Assembly (NCBI GenBank): GCA_046292385.1
Contig: JBKBRF010000052.1
Coordinates: 1-44,325 of the forward strand
Origin: Armatimonadota bacterium
GTDB lineage: Bacteria; Armatimonadota; SYMT01
DNA: 44,325 nt
Direction of reading: 5' to 3'
A model generated the notes under the pieces. The model did no database searches. It saw only the letters and a program-made list of their open reading frames with translations, and was not told the DNA's origin. Of the stretch, positions 29,088 to 38,578 are shown piece by piece; the stretch's first letter is position 1, and every line of letters begins with the position of its first letter. The position numbers and the translations under genes are program-made.

Positions 29088-30038
29088 ATGCTGACGCGTC
29101 GACTGATCTTGAAGCGAGGTGCCGCCCTGGCGCTGGGCGCGCTTCCGCTGGCGGGCGCCCTCGCCGGCTGCCAGAACGGCAGCGCCAGCCCCGTGGAGGG
29201 CCGGACGATCCAGGTGACCGCCACCGTCGGAATGGTCGCCGATACCGTGCGCCGCGTGGGCGGCGACCGGGTGGAGGTGCAGGCGCTGATGGGCCCGGGG
29301 GTGGATCCCCACCTCTACAGCCCGCGGCAGAGCGACGTGCAGCTCCTCTCCGGCGCGGACATCATCTTCTACAACGGTCTGCTGCTGGAAGGCAAGATGG
29401 TCGACCTCCTCGTCAACCTGGCACGGAAGAAGCCGGTGGTCGCGGTGGCGGAGTCGGTCGACAAGGGCCAGCTCCGCGAGCCGCCGGAGTTCCAGGGACA
29501 CTACGACCCGCACATCTGGTTCGACGTGAGTCTCTGGTCGCAGACGATCGACGCCGTCGTAGACGCGCTCTCGGAGCTCGATCCCTCCAGCCGCTCCAGC
29601 TACGAGGCGAACGGCGAGGCGTACCGCGGCGAGCTCCAGCAGCTCCACGAGCACTGCAAGACGGAGCTCGCGACGATCCCGAAGGAGCAGCGCGTGCTGG
29701 TGACGGCCCACGACGCCTTCGGCTACTTCGGCCGAGCCTACGACGTGGAGGTGGTGGGCCTGCAGGGGATGAGCACCGTCTCCGAGGCGAGCCTCGACAA
29801 GGTCAACGACCTGGTGAACCTGCTGGTCCAGCGGCGGATCCCGGCGGTCTTCGTAGAGTCGAGCGTGCCGCAGCAGGCAATCAAGGCGGTCGTCGAGGGC
29901 TGCCGCGCGCGGGGGCACACCGTCAAGATCGGCGGGACGCTCTACTCCGACGCGATGGGCGAGCCGGGCACGCCGGAAGGCACCTATCCCGGCATGGTCC
30001 GGCACAACGTGAAGACGATTGTCGCGGCGCTGAAGTGA
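29088..30038 (+). CDS. troA: Mn/Zn/Fe ABC transporter substrate-binding lipoprotein (TroA/MntA)
   Basis: Lipobox [40 protein letters not shown]. Confidence 0.93.
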   Translation: MLTRRLILKRGAALALGALPLAGALAGCQNGSASPVEGRTIQVTATVGMVADTVRRVGGDRVEVQALMGPGVDPHLYSPRQSDVQLLSGADIIFYNGLLLEGKMVDLLVNLARKKPVVAVAESVDKGQLREPPEFQGHYDPHIWFDVSLWSQTIDAVVDALSELDPSSRSSYEANGEAYRGELQQLHEHCKTELATIPKEQRVLVTAHDAFGYFGRAYDVEVVGLQGMSTVSEASLDKVNDLVNLLVQRRIPAVFVESSVPQQAIKAVVEGCRARGHTVKIGGTLYSDAMGEPGTPEGTYPGMVRHNVKTIVAALK

Positions 30039-30046
30039 GAAAGCCG

Positions 30047-30880
30047 ATGAGCGCAGCCACCGCCCATACGAAGAGCGATACCGCTGCCGGGCGCCACGGA
30101 GCCGGGGCCTCCGCGCCGCCGTTGGAGGTGCACGACCTGACGGTCGCGTACCACCGCCGGCCGGTGCTCTGGGACATCGACTTCAGCGTGCCGGAGGGCA
30201 AGCTGATCGGCATCGTCGGGCCGAACGGCGCCGGGAAGTCGACCCTCATCAAGGCGGCGCTGGGCCTGGTGCCGCTCGCCTCCGGCTGGGTGAAGATCTA
30301 CGGCCGCCCCTACGCCCAGCAGCGCCGCCTGATCGGCTACGTGCCGCAGCGGGAATCGGTCGACTGGGATTTCCCCACCCACGCCCTCGACGTGGTGCTG
30401 ATGGGCCGCTACGGCCACCTGGGCTGGTTCCGACGGCCCGGCAAGGCGGACCGCGACTTCGCGATGGAGTGCCTGCGGAAGGTCGGCATGGCGGACTACG
30501 CCACCCGCCAGATCAGCCAGCTCTCCGGCGGCCAGCAGCAGCGCGTCTTCCTGGCGCGGGCCCTGGCGCAGGAGGCCTCGCTCTACTTCATGGACGAGCC
30601 GTTCGCCGGGGTCGACGCCGCCACCGAGAAGGCAATCATCAGCCTCCTGCACGACCTCAAGCAGCAGAACAAGACGGTGCTGGTGGTGCACCACGACCTG
30701 CAGACAGTGCCGGAGTACTTCGACTGGGTGATCATGCTGAACATGCGGCAGATCGCCGTCGGTCCCACCGCGGAGGTCTTCACGCCGGAGAACCTGCAGA
30801 AGACCTACGGCGGGCGCCTGAACATCGTGAGCGCGGTCGCGGACGCCGTGGCGCGCGGCATCCCGGAGGAGCGCCGCTAA
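30047..30880 (+). CDS. troB: Metal ABC transporter ATP-binding protein (TroB/MntB)
   Basis: [37 protein letters not shown]. Confidence 0.94.
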   Translation: MSAATAHTKSDTAAGRHGAGASAPPLEVHDLTVAYHRRPVLWDIDFSVPEGKLIGIVGPNGAGKSTLIKAALGLVPLASGWVKIYGRPYAQQRRLIGYVPQRESVDWDFPTHALDVVLMGRYGHLGWFRRPGKADRDFAMECLRKVGMADYATRQISQLSGGQQQRVFLARALAQEASLYFMDEPFAGVDAATEKAIISLLHDLKQQNKTVLVVHHDLQTVPEYFDWVIMLNMRQIAVGPTAEVFTPENLQKTYGGRLNIVSAVADAVARGIPEERR

Positions 30881-32163
30881 TGGAGCAGTGGCTCTCCTCG
30901 CCGAACCTCCGCTGGGTGCTGGCGGGCTGCATGCTCCTCGGCGTCAGCAGCGGCGTGCTCGGGAGCTTCGCGCTCCTGCGGCGCCGGAGCCTCATCTCGG
31001 ACGCGCTCGCCCACGCGGCGCTGCCGGGCGTCTGCGTGGCGTTCCTCCTCACCGGCCAGCGCTCCCTGGCGCTCTTCCTGCTCGGGGCCCTCGCCGCCGG
31101 GCTCATCGGCGCCTTCTGCATCCAGGCGATCACGCGCTATTCCCGCATCAAGGAAGACACGGCGCTCGGCCTGGTGCTCTCCGTCTTCTTCGGCTTCGGG
31201 ATCGTGCTCCTGACACGGATCCAGCAGTCCGGTCAGAGTAGCCAGGCGGGGCTGGACAAGTTCATCTTCGGGCAGGCGGCCTCGATGGTCGGCGTCGACG
31301 TCCGCATCATGGCCGCCTGCGCGGCGGTGGTCTGCCTCCTCTCGCTCCTCTTCTTCAAAGAGCTCAAGCTGCTCTGCTTCGACCCCGGTTTCGCCCGCGG
31401 CCTCGGCTACTCCACGCTGGTGCTGGACGGCATCCTGCTCTTCCTGATCGTGCTGGCGGTGGTGATCGGCCTCCAGGCGGTCGGAGCGGTGCTGATGGCG
31501 GCGCTGCTGATCACGCCCGCGGCGGCGGCGCGGCTCTGGACCGATCGCCTCGGCGTCATGGTCGCGCTCTCCGGCGTCATCGGCGCGGTCTCCGGCGCGC
31601 TCGGGACGATCGGCAGCACCTTCCAGTCCGGCATGCCGACCGGTCCGGTCATCGTGCTCGCCGCCACCGCGGCCTTCGTCTTCTCGCTCATCTTCGCGCC
31701 GCGCCGGGGGCTCCTCTCGCGGCTCCTGCGGCTCGTCTCGCTGCGCGGACGCGTGGCGCGGGAGCACGCACTGCGCACCGCCTACGAGCTGACGGAAGCC
31801 GCGGGAGACTGGGAGCGGCGGTTCACGGCCGCGGAGTTCGCCGGTCACCGCGGCACCTCGCCGGTCGCCGCCGCCCGCGCCCTCCGCCGCCTGGAGCGAG
31901 AGGGGAGCCTGGTGCGCTTCGGCGACGGCTACGCCTTCAGTAAACAGGGGCGCGAGGCGGCCTACTCGGTAGTGCGCAACCACCGGCTCTGGGAGATGTT
32001 CCTGATGCACGAGGGACAGCTCGGGGCGGACCACGTGGACCGCGACGCCGACCTGATCGAGCACCTGCTGCCGCGCGACACGGTGGAAGAGCTGGAGCGG
32101 CTGCTGCGGGTGCACGGCCGCGCCCTGGAGCTGCCTCCCAGCGTGCACCCGGTCCGGAGCTGA
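30880..32163 (+). CDS. troC: Metal ABC permease (TroC-like) fused to a C-terminal DtxR-like domain
   Basis: ABC-3 motifs DALAHAALPG, FDP, ITPAAAA; C-terminal wHTH plus RNHRLWEMFL...DADLIEH. Confidence 0.9.
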   Translation: MEQWLSSPNLRWVLAGCMLLGVSSGVLGSFALLRRRSLISDALAHAALPGVCVAFLLTGQRSLALFLLGALAAGLIGAFCIQAITRYSRIKEDTALGLVLSVFFGFGIVLLTRIQQSGQSSQAGLDKFIFGQAASMVGVDVRIMAACAAVVCLLSLLFFKELKLLCFDPGFARGLGYSTLVLDGILLFLIVLAVVIGLQAVGAVLMAALLITPAAAARLWTDRLGVMVALSGVIGAVSGALGTIGSTFQSGMPTGPVIVLAATAAFVFSLIFAPRRGLLSRLLRLVSLRGRVAREHALRTAYELTEAAGDWERRFTAAEFAGHRGTSPVAAARALRRLEREGSLVRFGDGYAFSKQGREAAYSVVRNHRLWEMFLMHEGQLGADHVDRDADLIEHLLPRDTVEELERLLRVHGRALELPPSVHPVRS

Positions 32164-32172
32164 GGAACGACG

Positions 32173-33444
32173 ATGCAGATCGACACCGCGCTCTGGACGA
32201 TCCTGATCGGCTCTCTCGTCGCCGCCGCTTGCGGTCTGCTCGGCTGCTTCCTGGTGCTGCGCCGCCTGGCGATGCTCGGCGACGCCATCAGCCACTCGAT
32301 CCTCGCCGGTATCGTGGTGGCGTTCCTCCTCACCAGCAACCGCGGCGCGGCGCCGATGATGATCGGCGCGATCCTGGTGGGGCTCGCGACCACCTTCCTG
32401 GTGCAGGCGCTTTCCCGCGGCGGGGTGCAGGGGGATGCCGCGATCGGCGTCATCTTCACCTCCCTCTTCGCCCTCGGCGTGGTGCTGGTGACCCGGTACG
32501 CGGCGAACGTCGACCTCGACGTGGAGTGCGTGCTCTACGGCGACATCGAGCTGGCGCCGCTCGACACGCTCGGGACGGGCCCGATACCGCGGGCGGTAGC
32601 GATCAACGGCACGCTCCTGGCGGCCAACATCGCGCTGCTGGCACTCTTCTACAAGCAGTTCAAGATTTGCGCCTTCGACCCCGCGATGGCGGCGGCGGTC
32701 GGCATCCCGGTCGGCCTGATGCACTACCTGCTGATGGGGATGGTCTCCGTTACCACCGTCGGCGCCTTCGAGAGCGTGGGGGCGATCCTGGTGGTGGCGA
32801 TGCTGATCGTCCCCGCCGCCACCGCCTACCTGCTGACCGACCGCCTGAGCTGGATGCTGGGGTTGAGCGTGGTGGTCGGCGTCGCCTCGGCCGTCTCCGG
32901 CTACTTCCTCTCGGTGTGGCTCGACTGCTCCGTTGCCGGGGCGATGGCGAGCGCCGCCGGGGGGCTCTTCGCGCTGGCGTTCCTGTTCTCCCCCACGCAC
33001 GGGGTGATCTTCCGCCGGATCGCGCGGACGCGCTTGCGCCGGCAGATCGCGCAGGAAGACGTGCTGCTCTGGGCCGGCCGGCGCGAGGAAGCGGGAGAGG
33101 CCGCCGCCTTCACCGTGAAGGAGCTGAGCCGCGCGCAGGAGTGGCTGCCTTCCGAGGCCGCGAAGGCCGCGCGTCGCCTGCTGCGTGCAGGGCTTCTGCG
33201 GCGCCAGGGCGACTACCTGGAGCTTTCCGAGAGCGGCGCGGACCAGGCGCGGGAGCTGATCCGGCGCCACCGCCTCTACGAGAGCTACCTGGGAGAGCTG
33301 GGCTACGCGGCGGACCACCAGCACGGCCCGGCCGACCGCGTCGAGCACCACCTTTCCCCCTCGCTGACGGCGGAGATGGAAGCCGCCGTCGACTTTCCGG
33401 AGCGGGACCCGCAGGGGAAGCCAATCCCACCCGCCGCCCGCTGA
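32173..33444 (+). CDS. troD: Metal ABC permease (TroD-like) fused to a C-terminal DtxR-like domain
   Basis: GDAISHSILAG, LYGDI, FDP, AFESVGAILV, PAATAYLLT; C-terminal RRHRLYESYL...ADRVEHHL...DPQGKPIP. Confidence 0.9.
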   Translation: MQIDTALWTILIGSLVAAACGLLGCFLVLRRLAMLGDAISHSILAGIVVAFLLTSNRGAAPMMIGAILVGLATTFLVQALSRGGVQGDAAIGVIFTSLFALGVVLVTRYAANVDLDVECVLYGDIELAPLDTLGTGPIPRAVAINGTLLAANIALLALFYKQFKICAFDPAMAAAVGIPVGLMHYLLMGMVSVTTVGAFESVGAILVVAMLIVPAATAYLLTDRLSWMLGLSVVVGVASAVSGYFLSVWLDCSVAGAMASAAGGLFALAFLFSPTHGVIFRRIARTRLRRQIAQEDVLLWAGRREEAGEAAAFTVKELSRAQEWLPSEAAKAARRLLRAGLLRRQGDYLELSESGADQARELIRRHRLYESYLGELGYAADHQHGPADRVEHHLSPSLTAEMEAAVDFPERDPQGKPIPPAAR

Positions 33445-33461
33445 CGAGAATGGAGACCGCC

Positions 33462-34265
33462 ATGCTGACTCGCCCCGCCGCGCTCGCCGCCGCCCTGCTC
33501 GCCCTCACTGCCGCGCCCGCAGCCGCGCAGAAGAACATTCCCGAGACGATCGAGACCGACCGCCCCGACATCACGGAGGCGAGCAGCGTGGTCGGGAAAG
33601 GCGTTTTCCAGACCGAGAGCGGCTTCTACCAGGAGTATTTCAACCGCCGCCGGATCGACGAGCGCAACCTGTTCCGCCCCACGCTGCTCCGGTGGGGCTT
33701 CGATCCGCGCTGGGAAGCGCGCCTGGAGACCGACGCCTTCTCCCGCAGCCGGCTCTCCACCCCCCGCGGCGTGCGCCGGACCACCGGCTACTCCCCCATC
33801 GAGCTCGGCTTCAAGCACGCGCTTCAGTCGAGCCGGGAGGGCTCCCTCCGCCCCGAGCTGGCGGTACTGGCACACGTCGGTCTCCCCATCGGCTCCTCGG
33901 ACTTCTCCCAGGACCACGTTACCGGCACGGTGAAGGCGCTGATGGGCTGGGACCTGGGCGAGCGCTGGTCGCTCGGCTCCAACGCCGGGCTCTTCCTGGA
34001 AGAAGACGACTCCGGCAGCACCTTCGTCTCCACGTTGCTAACCGGCTCCCTCGGATACTCGATCACCGACCGGCTGAGCACCTTCGTGGAGCTGGCGCAC
34101 CAGCTCCACGAGCGCGCCGGCGGGGGCGACCTGCTGATCCTCGACGGCGGCTTCACCTACCTGCTGAGCGACGATACCCAGCTCGACCTCGCCGTCGGCA
34201 CCGGCCTCTCCGGCCGCACTGCCGCGGACTTCTTCTGGACCGTCGGTTTCAGCCGCCGATGGTAG
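33462..34265 (+). CDS. Putative outer-membrane beta-barrel channel (Phenol_MetA_deg-like)
   Basis: Signal peptide ending AAA-Q, TDRPD..EAS..V..G..Q.E.G motif, alternating beta-strand pattern, C-terminal aromatic (VGFSRRW); GGAG before ATG 33462. Confidence 0.8.
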   Translation: MLTRPAALAAALLALTAAPAAAQKNIPETIETDRPDITEASSVVGKGVFQTESGFYQEYFNRRRIDERNLFRPTLLRWGFDPRWEARLETDAFSRSRLSTPRGVRRTTGYSPIELGFKHALQSSREGSLRPELAVLAHVGLPIGSSDFSQDHVTGTVKALMGWDLGERWSLGSNAGLFLEEDDSGSTFVSTLLTGSLGYSITDRLSTFVELAHQLHERAGGGDLLILDGGFTYLLSDDTQLDLAVGTGLSGRTAADFFWTVGFSRRW

Positions 34266-34414
34266 CCGGCGGGTGTGGAGAGCGACGAGAGTAGCGGAAT
34301 TGGCCGGCTCTACCTAAATCAGCGCATCCCGCCGGGAGATTGACTCGTGGCTGCAGCGCCACTGACGCTAAGGGTAGGAAGGGAGAATGCCAGCCTTTCG
34401 GACCGGCAGGTCTG

Positions 34415-34465
34415 AGCCCGCGCAGGCGGGCTTTGTTCTCTGTAGCCTCGACCTTAGTCCGAGGC
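34415..34465 (+). repeat. REP-like double hairpin (GTAG type)
   Basis: AGCCCGC-GCAG-GCGGGCT hairpin, TTGTTCTCT linker, then GTAG-CCTCG...CGAGG; between convergent genes. Confidence 0.6.
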
Positions 34466-34495
34466 GCGAGTCCGGCAGTACTTACGTCGCACCCG

Positions 34496-35740
34496 CTAGG
34501 GCGCGCCGGTCTCCGCCTGGCAGCTCGGGGTTGATGGGGCCGGTGCTGCCTGGTTCCGTGGCAGTCTCACGATGAACTGGCTGCCCTTCCCCAGCCCCTC
34601 GCTGTATGCCCGGACCGATCCGCCGTGCATCTCCACCAGGGTCTTGACCAGGCTCAGCCCCAATCCAATCCCCTTTCGGGCGGTGGTAGGATCGGGTTCT
34701 ACCTGCTCGAAAAGACCAAAGATCTGCCGCAGCCGGTTTGGCTCGATCCCGATCCCGGTGTCTTGTACGGACAACTCTACGCAGTCGTCCGCAGGCGTCA
34801 CCGAAAGCTCGATCCGACCGCCGGCCGGGCAATACTTTGCGGCGTTGTCCAGCAGGTTGAGTAGGACCTGCTCGATCCGCATGCAATCAGCTTCCACCGG
34901 GAGTGGTTCTTTCGGCAGCCGGAGGACGAACTCGTGCTGCTCGTGCGCGACCCCGAGCCGAAACGTCTCTGCGGCACTTGCTGCGATCCCCTTGAGATCG
35001 CATCGCTCCACGTTCAGCGCCATCTGACCGCGGATCAGGCGCGAGATATCCAGCAGGTCCTCCAACATGCGGGAGATCTTACGCGTCTGGCGGGAGGCGC
35101 TCTCCAGAAGTCGCACCGACCGCTCGTCGGTGACGGAGCTGTGCTCCAGCACGTACAGGGCGTTGCTGATAGCCGAGAATGGGGTGCGGAGCTCGTGAGC
35201 GACGGTAGCGAGTAGCTGGTCCTTGCTCTCGGTCAGCCGCTGCGCCTCGCTGACGGCAGCTTCCGCCTTCGCGGCGCGTTCCGACTCTTGCTCTCGCTTG
35301 CTAAGAGCAAACCGCTCGCCGGCGATCAGCATTGCCGACTCCAGAGCACCGTAGATCAACTCCCGTGCGTCCGGCTGAACTTCAGCATGCTGCTCGAGAA
35401 CCTGGATGATCGTCTGGCGCAATAACTGAAACTCATGGAACACTTGCGCGAGACTGTAGTGCGTCTCTGTCGCCCGTCGCCCTCCGTGGTCCAGCGATTG
35501 ATCGACCGTGCGCTTCAGGCGAGCGTGCAATTCGGAGTCGGACTCCCACTCGGGATGCAGCGTGGTGACGATCGAGGCGATCAGTTGGGGGAAGGTGTTG
35601 CGAAGGATGATCGACTCCTCGCCCTGCGCTGCGGAGACCTCAGCTCGGGTCCTCGCTTCCCAGGTCGTAAGGATCTCCTCCGCGCAGTCCTGGAGGAGCT
35701 CTGCCAGGACCGCCCGTTCCTGGCGGTGTTGTGGTTTCAT
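34496..35740 (-). CDS. Soluble histidine kinase with N-terminal RsbRD_N-like helical domain
   Basis: EEILTTWE...HGGRR...YSLAQVFHEFQLLRQTI; AHELRTP; NLLDNAAKY, DTGIGI, FGLFEQ, GIGLGL. Confidence 0.9.
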   Translation of the reverse strand: MKPQHRQERAVLAELLQDCAEEILTTWEARTRAEVSAAQGEESIILRNTFPQLIASIVTTLHPEWESDSELHARLKRTVDQSLDHGGRRATETHYSLAQVFHEFQLLRQTIIQVLEQHAEVQPDARELIYGALESAMLIAGERFALSKREQESERAAKAEAAVSEAQRLTESKDQLLATVAHELRTPFSAISNALYVLEHSSVTDERSVRLLESASRQTRKISRMLEDLLDISRLIRGQMALNVERCDLKGIAASAAETFRLGVAHEQHEFVLRLPKEPLPVEADCMRIEQVLLNLLDNAAKYCPAGGRIELSVTPADDCVELSVQDTGIGIEPNRLRQIFGLFEQVEPDPTTARKGIGLGLSLVKTLVEMHGGSVRAYSEGLGKGSQFIVRLPRNQAAPAPSTPSCQAETGAP

Positions 35741-36377
35741 TTTCGAGGGTCCACATCCATTGTTGCTGTTCTCCCGGGCTGAGAATGCGCACCGTTGGTC
35801 TTGTCGGCAAGTGACTCATACCCACCTCCGGCGGTAAAGTCCACGCCAATCGCTCGTGCTGTCGCCCGCTAGCTCTCCGAAGCAACTCGCTTCACGGTCG
35901 GAAGGGTGCTCTCGGAGCCTACCGAGCCGCCGGTAGCCTGGGCGGTGAGGGGCGTGGTTCTCAAGACCGGCTCCCGCCGCACCGCCGTCTCACGTAAATG
36001 CGGGAGAATTGGAGAAAAGGGTGTAATCTCCCCTGACTTGGGTCAAGATCTGAGGTGGTGATCGATACCGGCCGGACACCGGTTTTCGTCAAGGGGCTTT
36101 CGGATTGCGAGCTTCCGAGAGGCTCGGAGCCGCCCTGCATCCTTCCGCCGGCTGGCTCCGACGGCGGCGGGATCCCACCACATGCGGGCTGACCTTTCCG
36201 GACCCGGCACCCTGGGACCACTGAATCGACCGGTCAGCCGGCGGGCTCGCGCCCGCTGCCAAACGCATTCATCGCCAGTGCGGTCCGCGCGGGCCCGACC
36301 CTCGCGGATGGCCGTATTCGGCTCAGCGGTCACCGCCCACGCCTGAACGATTTCGACCCTGCCCTGCGGACCCACCG

Positions 36378-36812
36378 ATGAGTCAGGCTCCACGCAACAC
36401 CTCCGGCGCCTCGTTTCGAATGCTCCTCCTGGAGCGGCTGGCAGCGTGTGCGCCGCACGAGAGTGTTGCCGCGGCCGCGGTGGCGAGGCTGGACACCCTG
36501 GGGCGGAGACTGACGCCGCTGGTGGGTGGCGAGGGCTATCGCGCGCTGCTGGCGCGCGCGATAGCCCTGGCGGCGCGAGAGCACCCGTGCCTGGCGCTGG
36601 TGGGCGTGGAGAGCTCCGGCTCTCTGAGCGGGCTGGAGGAAACACTGGCGGGGCGCGATGCTTCCGAAAGGGATGCGGCCTACGTGGAGCTCCTCGCGCA
36701 GCTACTCGAGCTACTAGTCACGTTTGTCGGGGAGCGCATCACGCGAAAGCTGGCGGGGGACATCTGGCCTGAGCCGGCAGAAGGCGTGGGAGCCGAGGAT
36801 CACGAAGGATGA
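36378..36812 (+). CDS. Small all-helical hypothetical protein, coupled to the KaiC-like gene
   Basis: 144 aa; ATGA overlap with the next gene; internal repeat LTPLVG..GYRALL / LVTFVG..ITRKL. Confidence 0.8.
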   Translation: MSQAPRNTSGASFRMLLLERLAACAPHESVAAAAVARLDTLGRRLTPLVGGEGYRALLARAIALAAREHPCLALVGVESSGSLSGLEETLAGRDASERDAAYVELLAQLLELLVTFVGERITRKLAGDIWPEPAEGVGAEDHEG

Positions 36813-38500
36813 CAGAGAGCGGCGGAGTGTCGATCAGCCAGTTGCCCACTGGCGTGCCGGGCCTGGACATGGTTATCAGTGGGGGGCTCCCGGAGTTTTC
36901 CTTCAATGTTATTGCGGGCTCCCCCGGCTCGGGCAAGACGACCCTGGCCCAGCAGATCGTGTTTGCCAACGCGACCCCGCAGCGGCCGGCGCTTTATTTC
37001 ACGGTGCTGGGCGAGCCTCCACTGAAGATGCTGCGCTACCAGCAGCAATTCGACTTCTTCGATACCAATAAGGTGGACGACTCCGTCCGCTTCATCAACC
37101 TCAGCGGAGAGGTGATGCAGGACGGGCTCGGCGCCGTGCTGGACCGTATTGTGACGGAGGTAAGGGCCGCCAATCCCGGCTTCGTGGTCGTCGATTCTTT
37201 TCGGACGGTAATCCGTAAGGTGGGCAGCTCCCCCACCGGGGAGATGGAGCTGCAGTCGTTCGTGCAGCGACTGGCGCTCCATCTTACCAGCTGGCAGGCG
37301 ACTACCTTTCTGGTCGGCGAGTACGAGATGGGCGAGCTCCGGGATAACCCGATCTTCACGGTGGCGGACGGGCTCTTCTGGCTCTCGCAGATCGTGGACG
37401 GAAACTCGGTAGTGCGTAAGCTCCAGGTGGTGAAGCTGCGCGGCCAGAGCTCGATTCCCGGGCTCCACACCTTTCGGATCTCCGAAGAGGGGGTCCGGGT
37501 CTTTCCGCGCACCTTCGGCTTGATGCCGAAGACTCCGGAGGAGCGGCCGGAGCGGCGGCTCTCCACCGGTATACGGGGGCTGGACGAGCTGCTGGGCGGC
37601 GGCATTCCCTCCGGAGACTCCGCCCTCATCGCGGGACCGGCGGGCTCCGGCAAGACCGCCGTCTGTACCCAGTTCATTGCCGAGGGGGCGCGGAACGGCG
37701 AGCTCGGCGTAATGGCGGTCTTCGAAGAGCACCCCACGGAATACATCTCCCGGGCCGAGACGATGGGACTCGAGTTCAAGGAGATGATCCGCGATGGGCG
37801 CGTCAAGGTGCTCTACCTGCGGCCGCTGGATCTCTCGGTAGACGAGACGCTCCAGGAGCTGTTGACGGCGGTAGAGCAGCTCGGCGCCACCCGGGTCGTC
37901 ATCGATTCGCTGGTCGGATTTGAGATGGCGCTCGCGCCGGCGTTTCGAGCCGACTTCCGCGAGTCGCTTTACCGCCTCCTCAGTGCCCTTACCGGCCGAG
38001 GCATTACGGTCCTGAGCTCCGTCGAGGTGACCGACTCGTTCCAGGAGCTGCGGCTGAGCCCCCACCATATCTCGTTTCTCACCGATGTCATCATCTTGCA
38101 GCGGTATGTAGAGCTGGAGGGGCAGCTTCGAAAGGTGATGATGGTCGTCAAGACGCGGCGCGGTGAGCACAGCCCGGATCTACGCATCTACGACGTCACG
38201 CGCGACGGCATTGTGGTGGGAGGGAGATTTTTTGGGTATCAACGAATACTCACCGGTACCGCAGAGCGCGCCGCACCCCGAACGCGGGAAGGCTTGACCC
38301 GAGTAGAAGAGCTGGTTCTGGAGGCGGTCCGCAGCGTCGGGGAAGCTCCGCTTGCTCAACTGGCCGCCCGGACCGGGTTGAGACGTGGCCCACTGCGTCA
38401 GGCGATAGGGCGCCTGTTCCAGTTGGGGTATGTGGAGGGTGTGGGGGGAAGTCGCGACGTGGTGCGCGCGCCGGCGCCTCCGGAGAGCCGCCCGGGATAA
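36809..38500 (+). CDS. Double-domain KaiC/RAD55-like ATPase with C-terminal winged HTH
   Basis: Two RecA-like domains: TGVPGLD/TGIRGLD, Walker A GSPGSGKT and GPAGSGKT, Walker B VVVDS/VVIDS, VVKLRG/VVKTRRG; tail LTRVEELVL...LAARTGL....RQAIGRLFQLGYVE. Confidence 0.92.
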   Translation: MTESGGVSISQLPTGVPGLDMVISGGLPEFSFNVIAGSPGSGKTTLAQQIVFANATPQRPALYFTVLGEPPLKMLRYQQQFDFFDTNKVDDSVRFINLSGEVMQDGLGAVLDRIVTEVRAANPGFVVVDSFRTVIRKVGSSPTGEMELQSFVQRLALHLTSWQATTFLVGEYEMGELRDNPIFTVADGLFWLSQIVDGNSVVRKLQVVKLRGQSSIPGLHTFRISEEGVRVFPRTFGLMPKTPEERPERRLSTGIRGLDELLGGGIPSGDSALIAGPAGSGKTAVCTQFIAEGARNGELGVMAVFEEHPTEYISRAETMGLEFKEMIRDGRVKVLYLRPLDLSVDETLQELLTAVEQLGATRVVIDSLVGFEMALAPAFRADFRESLYRLLSALTGRGITVLSSVEVTDSFQELRLSPHHISFLTDVIILQRYVELEGQLRKVMMVVKTRRGEHSPDLRIYDVTRDGIVVGGRFFGYQRILTGTAERAAPRTREGLTRVEELVLEAVRSVGEAPLAQLAARTGLRRGPLRQAIGRLFQLGYVEGVGGSRDVVRAPAPPESRPG

Positions 38501-38578
38501 GGAACGCGGGCCACAACAGGGGACGGATCGGCCCTTCTCGCTAATGTGGAGGGCACCGACGGGGAAGGATGCAGTTCC

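Noticed and set aside
36033..36046. FNR/CRP-like site CTGAC-N4-GTCAA in the islet intergenic region
   Set aside because: Imperfect match, far from both start codons, and could arise by chance.
36809..38500. A true KaiABC circadian clock
   Set aside because: No kaiA or kaiB in the window, T432 equivalent is Phe, and the C-terminal tail is different.
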